Shown: in pieces, positions 37,913 to 46,348 of the stretch | Layout: every line of letters starts with the position of its first letter | Numbering within the stretch: position 1 is the stretch's first letter | Source of the DNA: a virus | IMG/VR virus record: IMGVR_UViG_3300050821_018577 | Location: 114,859 to 178,858 of that record | Direction: 5' to 3' (one strand) | Length of the DNA: 64,000 bases | Position numbers and translations under genes: made by a program | Notes under the pieces: model-generated | What the model was told of the DNA's origin: nothing | The model's database searches: none | The model's input: only the letters and a program-made list of their open reading frames with translations

Positions 37913-38104
37913 ATGGCGAATTACATACAGCCCGACTTCCGCATTCCGGCAGGCGCCGGCGTGTCTGTATTGATTGAAAAAGCGGAACTCAATCTTGACC
38001 CAGGGCCGATACCACCGCCGCATTTTATCGACCCGGTGACAAGCAAAGATGACCCACAAGGAACGGTCGTTGCAGGAAAGAGCGGAAAGGGAGGACCAGG
38101 ATAA
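37913..38104 (+). CDS. small DYRAP-DDPQG family peptide 2
   Basis: MANYIQPDFRIP..KDDPQG. Confidence 0.7.
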   Translation: MANYIQPDFRIPAGAGVSVLIEKAELNLDPGPIPPPHFIDPVTSKDDPQGTVVAGKSGKGGPG

Positions 38105-38319
38105 TGGCAAATTACGTACAACCCGACTACCGCGCACCCGTCAACGGCGCTTCGGTCCAGGTCGAAAGCATCGTCAATGCCCTAATCGCGAGTCCTGTGC
38201 AGTCGCCTGCCTTTATTGAACGCGTCACACCGCTAGACGACCCCCAAGGAAACATTAGGGTCGGTAAAAGCGGCAAGAAGCCCATCACCGGTGCGACGCG
38301 AGCTCAAGGCGTCAATTAA
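38104..38319 (+). CDS. small DYRAP-DDPQG family peptide 3
   Basis: MANYVQPDYRAP..LDDPQG; TAATG coupling. Confidence 0.7.
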   Translation: MANYVQPDYRAPVNGASVQVESIVNALIASPVQSPAFIERVTPLDDPQGNIRVGKSGKKPITGATRAQGVN

Positions 38320-38330
38320 AACAAATTTCC

Positions 38331-38407
38331 GGGCTCGTAGCTCAATTTGGGAGAGCGCCTGCCTTGCAAGCAGGAGGCAGCCGGTTCGAGACCGGCCGGG
38401 TCCACCA
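38331..38407 (+). tRNA. tRNA-Ala(TGC)
   Basis: G3:U70, loop CTTGCAA, CCA. Confidence 0.92.
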
Positions 38408-38416
38408 TTTTTATCT

Positions 38417-38540
38417 TCGCGGTGCTGCGAACGGTAACGTCGCAGGGTGAACAAAACCTCTCAGGGACAAAGGGCGGGCAACCGTCAAATGGCGTAAACT
38501 GAGAGAAAAGTAGCCGAGATTTAATTACCCTTCACCGCGA
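38417..38540 (+). ncRNA. unassigned structured RNA (~124 nt)
   Basis: TCGCGGTG/CACCGCGA, CTGCGA/TCGCAG, AGGGTGA/TTACCCT and CTCTCAG/CTGAGAG helices. Confidence 0.55.
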
Positions 38541-38561
38541 TAGTTCTTCGTAAAGAAGAAA

Positions 38562-38637
38562 CGCCCTGTGGTGCAACGGCTTAGCACACAGGCCTTTCAA
38601 GTCTGAGATGCGGGTTCGATTCCCGTCGGGGCGACCA
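38562..38637 (+). tRNA. tRNA-Glu(TTC)
   Basis: Loop CTTTCAA, CCA. Confidence 0.88.
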
Positions 38638-38650
38638 ATTAAGTTTCTGC

Positions 38651-38726
38651 TGGGGCGTGGTCCAACTGGTAGGGCAGGACACCGTTAATGTCTAGGGTGA
38701 AGGTTCGAATCCTTCCGCCCCAGCCA
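38651..38726 (+). tRNA. tRNA-Asn(GTT), C33
   Basis: Loop CCGTTAA, G73, CCA. Confidence 0.88.
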
Positions 38727-39086
38727 ATTTTACGGAGGTTGTATTGAGCAGGCCGCGAGATGCAATGAGCAACTGGCTGAAAATTACTTTGGCCGTATCG
38801 GGAGGATTCATCCTGGGAATGTTTTGGGCCATGCTGGGCTGCCGATATTCGATGCATCACTAACTGGAGGACGTCATGGCTGTTATTCTGAATTCGAAAT
38901 TTGCAACCCCAGAAGATGTTGCAAAAGCATTAGGCGTATCAAAGACCCGGCTGAAATGGTTGCTGCGCTTGACGGACAGGAAGCGGATCTCGGAAACAGA
39001 ACGCCGCAGACGAAACGCAAAACAGATGCGCAGGCGGCGCCGGCTTTGAGCGCGAAGTATGGCCGAAGATAGTAAAAAAGTTTCTT

Positions 39087-39162
39087 GGGACTGTAGCTCA
39101 GTCGGCAGAGCCTCCGCCTTTTAAGCGGAACGTCGCGCGTTCGATTCGCGCCAGTCCCACCA
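39087..39162 (+). tRNA. tRNA-Lys(TTT)
   Basis: Loop CTTTTAA, CCA. Confidence 0.92.
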
Positions 39163-39167
39163 AGTTC

Positions 39168-39243
39168 GGGCGCGTAGCTCAGTGAACAGAGCCTTCGGCT
39201 CTTAACCGAAACGTCGTGGGTTAGATTCCCACCGCGCCCACCA
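39168..39243 (+). tRNA. tRNA-Lys(CTT)
   Basis: Loop CTCTTAA; T loop TTAGATT; CCA. Confidence 0.88.
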
Positions 39244-39250
39244 AGTTTGT

Positions 39251-39325
39251 TGGCGAATCGTCCAACTGGAAGGACCTGAGATTTTGGATCTCAGTATCGG
39301 GGTTCGAATCCCTGTTCGCCAACCA
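39251..39325 (+). tRNA. tRNA-Gln(TTG)
   Basis: Loop TTTTGGA, CCA. Confidence 0.88.
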
Positions 39326-39327
39326 AC

Positions 39328-39402
39328 TGCCCGGTCGTTTAATTGGTAGGACGTCGGCCTCTGGAGTCGACTATGAACGTTCGAGTCGTTCCCGGGCAGC
39401 CA
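39328..39402 (+). tRNA. tRNA-Gln(CTG)
   Basis: Loop CTCTGGA, CCA. Confidence 0.9.
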
Positions 39403-39416
39403 AATTTAGGAGGCAG

Positions 39417-39629
39417 ATGCCTGAGCAGAAACTTCAAATGATTCTTGAGCGGGTTCATCCTGGAAGCGAGCCTCGATGCTTTAGGCTGTGGGCTTGCCGC
39501 GGAGAAGGGCATGGATGTAAGCGGAACGAATTTCGTAAGAGCAAAGTGCATTGCGATGATTGTGTTCAAACTCGGGACGAAGAAACTATAAACGCCCTAC
39601 TTGCTCGAATGAGTAGAGGAGATGCATAG
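39417..39629 (+). CDS. small Cys-rich hypothetical protein
   Basis: RBS AGGAGG; several Cys incl. HCDDC. Confidence 0.55.
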   Translation: MPEQKLQMILERVHPGSEPRCFRLWACRGEGHGCKRNEFRKSKVHCDDCVQTRDEETINALLARMSRGDA

Positions 39630-39638
39630 GATTGGAAG

Positions 39639-39962
39639 ATGAGCGACGAAAAGAAACCACTAACCGAGGAGCAGCTAAAAAAGAAGTTGCGAAACATTCG
39701 GCCGGAGAATATTGTTCCTGCCGATGACACAGAGGTTCTCAAACACGAGAAGTCGCTGGACCGTATCCTTCGCGCAATGGGCGAGATTGCTGAATGCGAT
39801 TGGCGCTTCGATACTGTGTTCATCAGCGACCTGTCGAGTGTCGGAGATTTTCTTCACGAGGAAAGTGAGCTGGCAACGCTTTCAACGAAGCTCGGTGTCG
39901 CAGGGATCAGCAGAAGGGATAGCCTGGTGGACATCGCGATGCGTGTCGAACCGAAGCAGTAG
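39639..39962 (+). CDS. hypothetical protein
   Basis: ORF between tRNAs. Confidence 0.55.
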   Translation: MSDEKKPLTEEQLKKKLRNIRPENIVPADDTEVLKHEKSLDRILRAMGEIAECDWRFDTVFISDLSSVGDFLHEESELATLSTKLGVAGISRRDSLVDIAMRVEPKQ

Positions 39963-40155
39963 CCATGCTTGAATTTTTAGGCTCGCAACCGGATGGCAGG
40001 AGAGAGTATAAATGCTCCGAGTGCAAACGCGATTTCGAGATTCGTGGATGGAAAGAAACAGTCGATGCGGACGACCCGGCAGACGAAGAATTGGAGGATC
40101 CAACCTGGTGCCCGTTTTGCGGAACAGGTGGAACGAAATGAACAAGAGATTCAAA

Positions 40156-40231
40156 GCCGCCGTAGCTCAGATGGCAGAGCACTCCATTCGTAATGGAGAC
40201 GTCAGTGGTTCGATTCCACTCGGTGGCCCCA
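40156..40231 (+). tRNA. tRNA-Thr(CGT)
   Basis: Loop TTCGTAA, CCA. Confidence 0.92.
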
Positions 40232-40247
40232 ATTTAGAGGCGATGCC

Positions 40248-40541
40248 GTGAGTACCCTCTCCAGCCCCAGAATTGGCGACGTTGTAGAGGTGACGACCGG
40301 CAGTCCGCCACTGACAGTTGTGGCTCTTGGAGAAACAGATTTTACAGCCCGGTGGCTCACGTACAATACCGAGGCGCAGCGCCAGGAGCGAATCAAAAAG
40401 GATTGGCCGCTTTTCGGGGAAGCATCGTTTGCTTACGACCGCATCAAGAGAATTTGTGGGAGGAACGATGGCCAAAAAGCCAATCAAAATTGGAACCGTT
40501 GTGCGATTGAACAGCGGCGGCCCGCCAATGACTGTCGTTAG
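40248..40541 (+). CDS. YodC/DUF2158-like protein
   Basis: IGDVVEVTTGSPPLTV..W. Confidence 0.45.
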   Translation: MSTLSSPRIGDVVEVTTGSPPLTVVALGETDFTARWLTYNTEAQRQERIKKDWPLFGEASFAYDRIKRICGRNDGQKANQNWNRCAIEQRRPANDCR

Positions 40542-40638
40542 ATTCAACGATACGCATGTCGCGGTAATTTGGGTTAGCGGCGCGATGGTGCAAAAAGCAA
40601 CATTTCCTCGGGAATGTATTAGGCTGGAGGAAAAATGA
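40468..40638 (+). CDS. YodC/DUF2158 family protein
   Basis: IGTVVRLNSGGPPMTV..W..F. Confidence 0.7.
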   Translation: MAKKPIKIGTVVRLNSGGPPMTVVRFNDTHVAVIWVSGAMVQKATFPRECIRLEEK

Positions 40639-40643
40639 AATTA

Positions 40644-40718
40644 GCCGGGATAGCTCAACGGGTAGAGCAGCGCATTGGTAATGCACAGACAGCGGTTCGA
40701 GCCCGCTTCCTGGCCCCA
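40644..40718 (+). tRNA. tRNA-Thr(GGT)
   Basis: Loop TTGGTAA; one C:A mismatch in anticodon stem; CCA. Confidence 0.85.
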
Positions 40719-40962
40719 AAGTTCGAGAGGGTGAAGCGCAGACTGCATTATTGCATCGGCTGGGTCGGCGTGAAGCTGTGCAATTTCTCGCGGTATCGGC
40801 CGATAACCGAAATGGAATGCGCAAGCTCAATTCAGTATGCGAGCGCCATGATTGCCTACATGGAGATGCACGGCCAGAAGTCAGCCGGCGAATGGCAGTT
40901 GCGCCAATTTCACAGCTGGATGAACGACATCAAGCAAGGCGCACTGGTCAACTGAGTTTCGA

Positions 40963-41037
40963 GCTAGGCTAGTTCCAATGTAGAACGACACATTTGTAAT
41001 GTGTGCGATCGGGGTTCAAGTCCCCGGCCTAGCCCCA
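40963..41037 (+). tRNA. tRNA-Thr(TGT)
   Basis: Loop TTTGTAA, CCA. Confidence 0.88.
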
Positions 41038-41097
41038 AAGTTTGCAGTAAGCGGGCCGGCGGCGCTAAGGAGGCGCGACAGCGACACCCGCTGAAAA

Positions 41098-41173
41098 GGG
41101 CGCGTAGCTCAGTGGGTAGAGCACGCGGTCGATAACCGCGCGGTCCCAGGTTCGATGCCTGGCGCGCCCACCA
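41098..41173 (+). tRNA. tRNA-Ile(GAT), C33
   Basis: Loop TCGATAA, CCA. Confidence 0.9.
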
Positions 41174-41183
41174 AAAAGTTTCC

Positions 41184-41258
41184 GGCCCTGTAGCTCAATG
41201 GAAGAGCGGCTGAGTTCTAACCAGCGCGTTGAGAGTTCGAGTCTCTCCGGGGTCACCA
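41184..41258 (+). tRNA. tRNA-Arg(TCT)
   Basis: Loop GTTCTAA, CCA. Confidence 0.85.
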
Positions 41259-41263
41259 CTTTC

Positions 41264-41337
41264 GCGGGTGTCGTCTAGTGGTAAGACACGTGGTTGCCAT
41301 CCACGAAACGCCGGTCCGATTCCGGTCGCTCGCTCCA
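41264..41337 (+). tRNA. tRNA-Gly(GCC)
   Basis: Loop TTGCCAT, U73, CCA. Confidence 0.88.
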
Positions 41338-41347
41338 GATTGGAGGC

Positions 41348-41575
41348 ATGATGTTCATCGTGGTCACAAGGATCCTGAAAGGGCGCACGCCGCAAGAGCG
41401 CACGGTCAAGTGTGCGGTCAACACCGAATTGGTGGCATGGGCTGAACAGACCGGGTGCGGATTTATTCTTGTGAAGATGGCAGGGGACCTTCCGGACGTT
41501 GAAGTCGTAGACGATGAATGGGCCAGTTTAGTTGACAAGCTGGCCGGCCCTGACCATACGGGAGTCAGGCCGTAA
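41348..41575 (+). CDS. hypothetical protein
   Basis: RBS GGAGG, between tRNAs. Confidence 0.55.
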   Translation: MMFIVVTRILKGRTPQERTVKCAVNTELVAWAEQTGCGFILVKMAGDLPDVEVVDDEWASLVDKLAGPDHTGVRP

Positions 41576-41582
41576 AAAGTTT

Positions 41583-41655
41583 GCGGGTATGGCCGATCGG
41601 TAAGGCGTCGGTCTTCCAAGCCGACTAAGGGGTTCGACTCCCCATATCCGCTCCA
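41583..41655 (+). tRNA. tRNA-Gly(TCC)
   Basis: Loop CTTCCAA, U73, CCA. Confidence 0.88.
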
Positions 41656-41660
41656 AATGT

Positions 41661-41867
41661 TCTCGGTGCCTAGCGTGGTCAGGCACGGACTCGGGAGGAA
41701 ATGACTGGTGGAACTGTGGGAGGGTCGGCGGATGCAAGCCTTGGGCCGAGGAGCCGTCCGAAGTACAAAACTCCGTAGAGAGGCTTGGTCAGACTTCCGC
41801 AAACGTTCTGTACCCACGCACTGGACAGGCCGCTATAATGCCCGAGGGTTATAACTAGGCACCGGGA
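41661..41867 (+). ncRNA. unassigned structured RNA (~207 nt)
   Basis: 13-bp closing stem TCTCGGTGCCTAG/CTAGGCACCGGGA plus several internal complementarities. Confidence 0.65.
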
Positions 41868-41938
41868 CAAATTTAGGGTATAAGTATAGAATCAGCCATG
41901 TCGAGAAGATGCGGTCGTATCGACGTGGACATTACCGC

Positions 41939-42013
41939 AGGAGAGTAAGATAACGGTAGTCGCCGGGTCTCCAAAACCTTGGAGTGGGGGTTCGAATCCT
42001 CCCTTTCCTGCCA
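41939..42013 (+). tRNA. tRNA-Trp(CCA)
   Basis: Loop CTCCAAA, G73, CCA. Confidence 0.85.
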
Positions 42014-42206
42014 AAGTTATTTGGTGCCGTGATGGAGGTTACGAACAAGAAGCCATGTTCGAGCGGAAAGCGAAAGATTCTTGACAGGCCTTCCGCAGAA
42101 GCTTCGGCTGAGCGGCGCACTGAGGCATTCGGACCCAGATTCGTTTATAAGTGTGGGGAATGCGGCTATTATCATTTGACAAGCCGCCGCCAGCCACGGA
42201 GTCGCA

Positions 42207-42845
42207 ATGAGCAACGTGCGGATCACGAAAGAAGGGCTGAAATATTTTGAAGGTGACAGCGTCGAGCTGGTTCGCACGTTTCTCGGTAAGTTGCGTTGTA
42301 CCTGCGCGATTGACCTGGGCGTGACGCTTGGCGATATCTTTGCGGCCGTTGAACGAGACAGGCCGTTGAAACATTTTATTGGCGGCTACTCCTGGTGCGA
42401 TATGGACGCATTCCACCAGGAGGCCAAGCTGCCATCGGCGAAACCTTCGGACTTGTTGTACATCGATGTTTCATCGCATTTTGAGTTCGGAGAAGGTTGG
42501 ATTATCGACGTGCATGGAATCGGCAAAGATGAGCACGCTATGGGAAACCGTTCTTACGCAATCGATTTCACGCCGGTCAACGATTTAGCGCATTTGGAGG
42601 TACGATTGACTGAGGAATGTGCCGTCTTTGACGAGAATTTAAAAGAGATTGGCAAATCCAAGGTTTATTTTTCCTTGCTCGACGTTCTTGGCGAGATTTA
42701 TTTTGAGGTCAGCTTCCATGGCAATCCGCGAGACAGGAACGAAAAGTCCGCAGAACTATTGCAAGCGGTAAAAGAGATAGAATCCGGCGAAGCGAAGCTT
42801 ACGCCATGGGAGGATCTGAAACCCAGCAAGACGACAGTAAATTGA
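42207..42845 (+). CDS. hypothetical protein
   Basis: 212-aa ORF between tRNAs. Confidence 0.6.
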   Translation: MSNVRITKEGLKYFEGDSVELVRTFLGKLRCTCAIDLGVTLGDIFAAVERDRPLKHFIGGYSWCDMDAFHQEAKLPSAKPSDLLYIDVSSHFEFGEGWIIDVHGIGKDEHAMGNRSYAIDFTPVNDLAHLEVRLTEECAVFDENLKEIGKSKVYFSLLDVLGEIYFEVSFHGNPRDRNEKSAELLQAVKEIESGEAKLTPWEDLKPSKTTVN

Positions 42846-42849
42846 GTTC

Positions 42850-42935
42850 GGGCCCTTGGCGTAATTGGCAGCCGCAGCTGGCTCAAAATCAGCCGCCCTA
42901 GTGGCGTGAAGGTTCGAGTCCTTCAGGGCCCACCA
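42850..42935 (+). tRNA. tRNA-Leu(CAA)
   Basis: Long variable arm, loop CTCAAAA, CCA. Confidence 0.92.
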
Positions 42936-43086
42936 AATTCAGGAGAAGCAATGGTCAAGAGAGTTAACGAGCAAGCCAAGAAAAAAGCGGCAAGGCAAAT
43001 CGCTGAAATCGCATACAGTTACTTGGCACAACTTCCCGAGGCGGAACAGGAGCGCCGAATAGAACGTATTGAGAAAATAAAGATTC

Positions 43087-43162
43087 GGTCCCGTCGTCCA
43101 ACTGGATAGGACATCGGCCTCCGGAGCCGACGACCGCGGTTCGACTCCGCGCGGGACCGCCA
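43087..43162 (+). tRNA. tRNA-Arg(CCG)
   Basis: Loop CTCCGGA, CCA. Confidence 0.92.
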
Positions 43163-43182
43163 TGAATTTGCGGAGGATAACG

Positions 43183-43431
43183 ATGACGAAACGGCCAATC
43201 GAACCGAGGGACCGATACCAGGAGGGCCAATCGGCTGAGCCGCAACCAGATGTTCATGACACCATCACTGGCGGTGTGCCTGGCCAACAAGTCATGCAAA
43301 CCACGGAAGTGAAGGCTCCTGAACCTGAGACGAAATCAGTGCAGCCAGCGTGTGGCGAATGCGGGAGTACGGCCATCGAGATTAGCGGCGGGATCCGCCA
43401 TTGTACGAAGTGTGGCCATGCATTCGCTTAA
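43183..43431 (+). CDS. disordered protein with C-terminal Zn ribbon
   Basis: PACGECGS..GG..CTKCGHAF. Confidence 0.6.
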   Translation: MTKRPIEPRDRYQEGQSAEPQPDVHDTITGGVPGQQVMQTTEVKAPEPETKSVQPACGECGSTAIEISGGIRHCTKCGHAFA

Positions 43432-43440
43432 AAGAGATTT

Positions 43441-43515
43441 GCTTCCGTCCCGTAATGGATAACGGCCCTGACTACGAATCAGGTCATGGAGGTTCAAGTC
43501 CTCTCGGGAGCACCA
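43441..43515 (+). tRNA. tRNA-Arg(ACG)
   Basis: Loop CTACGAA, CCA. Confidence 0.9.
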
Positions 43516-43524
43516 GATTGTCAT

Positions 43525-43600
43525 AGGGGATTCGCCAAGCGGTCTAAGGCACTGGTCCTACAAACCAGCATCCCGAGTTCGAATCTCGGATCCCCTACCA
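43525..43600 (+). tRNA. tRNA-Val(TAC), C33, Gln/Cys-like body
   Basis: Stem CTGGT/ACCAG, loop CCTACAA, A73, CCA. Confidence 0.75.
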
Positions 43601-43607
43601 AAAGTTT

Positions 43608-43692
43608 GCGCGAGTGGCGTAATGGCAGCCGCGGCAGTCTTAGGAACTGCTGTCCTTGTGACGTGGAGGTTCGACTCCTCTCTCGCGCACCA
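43608..43692 (+). tRNA. tRNA-Leu(TAG)
   Basis: Long variable arm, loop CTTAGGA, CCA. Confidence 0.92.
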
Positions 43693-44292
43693 GTTTAGGA
43701 GCAGAAAATGAAACCGCAGAACAAAGCAGAAATCCGGAAAGAAATTGCAGCGCGTAAACGGATCAACCGGAAAGCGGAACGCAAACAATTCGGATGCACC
43801 GTTCGCGTGACCGTGAAAACGGCATGAGCTACATCATTCCGATTCTTCTTGCGGTTCTGGTCGCGCGCATCGGGAGATTCTTCGCTTCAACCGGTAGCAC
43901 GCGCCCTGAGCATTGGGAGAAAACGTGGCGGTGCGATTCGACAACCGAAGTTTCTTCGTGTGGCGCGATATGTCATCGCATTCGTGGCCATTGGGGCTCG
44001 CATCGTACTGCATCGAGCGGAGCGTTGGGCTGGTATCATGAATGGAAAGGTGAAGGCAAAGTCGTCCGCGTTATAGGGCTCGGGAAAACATATGAGGTCA
44101 GGGACCGTCACTACGGCGGAGGCACTTGCGTATAGAACCTTACTTGCGCTGGCATCCAGTGACGGGCGGTTATGTGGGGCAAGCCGAAATTTGTGTCATG
44201 GCCTCGCGCATTCCTGATTCTGATTGTTATCACGAATTGAATCGGCTTACGATGGAGAGGGTCCACGAAATTGCGTTGGAAGATAAAGTTTC

Positions 44293-44380
44293 GGGAAAGA
44301 TGGACGAATCGGCTAAGTCCACCAGTCCGTAAAACTGGCGCTCTGCGAGCATGTGAGTTCAACTCTCACCTTTCCCACCA
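44293..44380 (+). tRNA. tRNA-Tyr(GTA), C33
   Basis: Long variable arm, loop CCGTAAA, A73, CCA. Confidence 0.88.
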
Positions 44381-44394
44381 GTTGGAGGTTTGTT

Positions 44395-44568
44395 ATGAGC
44401 CATGAAGTTTTAATCAGGCGCACGATTTACGTTTCGGAATGCGAATGCGGCAGCCGCGAAGAACGCACAGAGAATCCGCCAAAAGAGCGCCTGTGCCCAT
44501 GCGGCAAGTGGGTGCCGTTCCAAGAAGTTTCTTACACCGGCCCGGAATTGGCGAAAATCAAACTTTGA
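44395..44568 (+). CDS. small Zn-ribbon-like protein
   Basis: RBS GGAGG; CECG..CPCG. Confidence 0.55.
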   Translation: MSHEVLIRRTIYVSECECGSREERTENPPKERLCPCGKWVPFQEVSYTGPELAKIKL

Positions 44569-44643
44569 CCCAGGTTAGCTCAACGGCAGAGCTCCGGCTT
44601 GAAGCACCGGCGATTTTCGGTTCGACTCCGAGGCCTGGGACCA
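44569..44643 (+). tRNA. tRNA-Phe(GAA)
   Basis: Loop TTGAAGC (G37), CCA. Confidence 0.85.
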
Positions 44644-44781
44644 TTTTACTCGCGCACCGTTCGCCGTTCGAGTGCGCGGGCATTAACGGCGCGTTGAGCA
44701 ACCAACGACATTGGCCAACCACAAACCTCGTGATATGTAGGGGTGACAGTCGGGAGAGACCGGCAAACGATTGGAGGATCG

Positions 44782-45378
44782 ATGCTCAAACAAATTAGCG
44801 CCGGATTCCTGTTTTTGTTTCTGGCCGGCAGCGCCTATGGCCAAGCGATGCAACTGCCTCCGGCTGGCGACCCATGGTGGGATTCCGATGCAGGCCAAGG
44901 GTTCATTGCCAGTTATGAAGGCACGCCGTGGTTTGAAGCGCTGGCATCCATGTCGAACTGCGACCAATCGTTGTGGAAGCATGTCTACAAGCCGAAGCGC
45001 CTGGTCGTAAAAGCTGCGTGCGTCACGGTGACGGGAACGATCGAGGACGCCACAGCCACAGAAAAGACCCATCACAAGGATGGCCAGCGCCACGAAGGGG
45101 ATGGTGACGGCCACGGATGGCTGAAACTAGACCCCGGCCAGGAGCAATATCTCAATGCAGGCAATAAGAGCAACGAAGGCGGAAATCTGGTGTTTGAGGT
45201 CATCTGCCAGTTTCCGGTCCGCCAGGCCGATGCCAAGGCCGCCTGCAAGGGTTATAAGAATACGGTGAAGATACCGCCGGTAGGGTCGCATGTTAAAATC
45301 ACTGGTCCCTGGGTGCAGGATAAAGAACACCAGAAGTGGTTCGAGATTCATCCAGTGACGAAGATAGAAGTGATTTGA
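44782..45378 (+). CDS. exported protein
   Basis: Signal peptide; YKPKRL..C..V.G, HEGDGDGH, WFEIHPV. Confidence 0.65.
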   Translation: MLKQISAGFLFLFLAGSAYGQAMQLPPAGDPWWDSDAGQGFIASYEGTPWFEALASMSNCDQSLWKHVYKPKRLVVKAACVTVTGTIEDATATEKTHHKDGQRHEGDGDGHGWLKLDPGQEQYLNAGNKSNEGGNLVFEVICQFPVRQADAKAACKGYKNTVKIPPVGSHVKITGPWVQDKEHQKWFEIHPVTKIEVI

Positions 45379-45382
45379 TTTC

Positions 45383-45458
45383 GGTGGCGTGGAGGAAAGG
45401 CTAACTCACTTCCCTGTCACGGAAGAGACTGCGGGTTCGAGCCCCGTCGCCACCGCCA
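45383..45458 (+). tRNA. tRNA-Asp(GTC)
   Basis: Loop CTGTCAC, G73, CCA. Confidence 0.9.
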
Positions 45459-45466
45459 AATTCTGA

Positions 45467-46102
45467 ATGGTCAGAGGAACGCACAACCTGTTTGGCGACG
45501 AAGCGGACGCTCTTGTTGCCGTGGAACGTCAATTGGAGTTCCTTGCGCACTATGAGAAATTCCAGAGATTCATTCCGAGTAGTTTGGTGGAAGCATCGCT
45601 GCTCGATGGACAGACCGGAGACAACCGTGTTTTCCGGTTCAAGGATCTCGGCGACCGCGAATTGATGCTGCTTCCAGAAGTTACTGGAGTCGCGCGCCAA
45701 TGGTTTCGTGAACACGGAAAGGCGCTGCCGAAGCCGGTCAAGCTCTATTACACGGCGCGCTGCTATCGCTATGACCGACCGCAACGCGGACGCTATCGGG
45801 AGTTCACGCAGTTCGGTATTGAGATGATGCCGTCGAACGGCGCTGGGCCAGCAGAGATACTGCCTCGATGGCTGGATTATCTCGGCCTGTTTTATGAATT
45901 TCGCGATGGTGTCGACCGCGGGCAGGCGTATTATAGCCGTAGCGGCTTTGAAATTTGGGCGGCAGGAATGCAAATCGCCGGCGGCGGCCCCTACGGAGAG
46001 GGCGCCGGCTTCGCCATCGGGATCGAGCGGCTAATGATTGCGCTCGAGGAACAAAAAGTTTCTGGCTCTGTAGCTCAGTCTGGAAGAGCAGCGGGCTCAT
46101 AA
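45467..46102 (+). CDS. minimal HisRS/HisZ-like class II aaRS catalytic core
   Basis: LPEVT, CYRYDRPQRGRYREFTQFGIE (motif 2), RGQAYY, GGGPY, GFAIGIERL (motif 3); no anticodon domain; 3' end overlaps tRNA. Confidence 0.85.
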   Translation: MVRGTHNLFGDEADALVAVERQLEFLAHYEKFQRFIPSSLVEASLLDGQTGDNRVFRFKDLGDRELMLLPEVTGVARQWFREHGKALPKPVKLYYTARCYRYDRPQRGRYREFTQFGIEMMPSNGAGPAEILPRWLDYLGLFYEFRDGVDRGQAYYSRSGFEIWAAGMQIAGGGPYGEGAGFAIGIERLMIALEEQKVSGSVAQSGRAAGS

Positions 46103-46140
46103 TCCGCGCGTCGTTGGTTCAAATCCAACCGGAGCCACCA
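46064..46140 (+). tRNA. tRNA-Met or Ile2 (CAT)
   Basis: Elongator body, loop CTCATAA, CCA. Confidence 0.88.
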
Positions 46141-46155
46141 GTTCGGAGAAGTCAG

Positions 46156-46341
46156 ATGGGTTTATTCATAAAAGAGATAGACACGGAATGGCATTTCGGC
46201 GAACCAATTCCAATTATCCGCGAGAGGGTTGTCACCTTCCAGGCAGATGGCCATGAATTGGATCTCATCCTTGCTGCGATGAAACGGACGACGCGACCGG
46301 TTATCGATGTGGAACCGTCGCCGGCAGTTCCGCATTCCTAA
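46156..46341 (+). CDS. hypothetical protein
   Basis: RBS GGAG, between tRNAs. Confidence 0.5.
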   Translation: MGLFIKEIDTEWHFGEPIPIIRERVVTFQADGHELDLILAAMKRTTRPVIDVEPSPAVPHS

Positions 46342-46348
46342 AAGTTTT

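Noticed and set aside
38440-38520. Glycine or c-di-GMP riboswitch
   Set aside because: CTCTCAGG resembles the glycine aptamer, but the other conserved elements and a downstream gene are missing
41661-41867. RNase P RNA, tmRNA or 6S RNA
   Set aside because: No GAGGAAAGUCC/CR-V match, no tRNA-like ends or tag ORF, and pairing is branched rather than rod-like
43525-43600. Amber suppressor (CTA) reading of loop CCTACAA
   Set aside because: The 5-bp stem CTGGT/ACCAG fixes a 7-nt loop with TAC at positions 34-36
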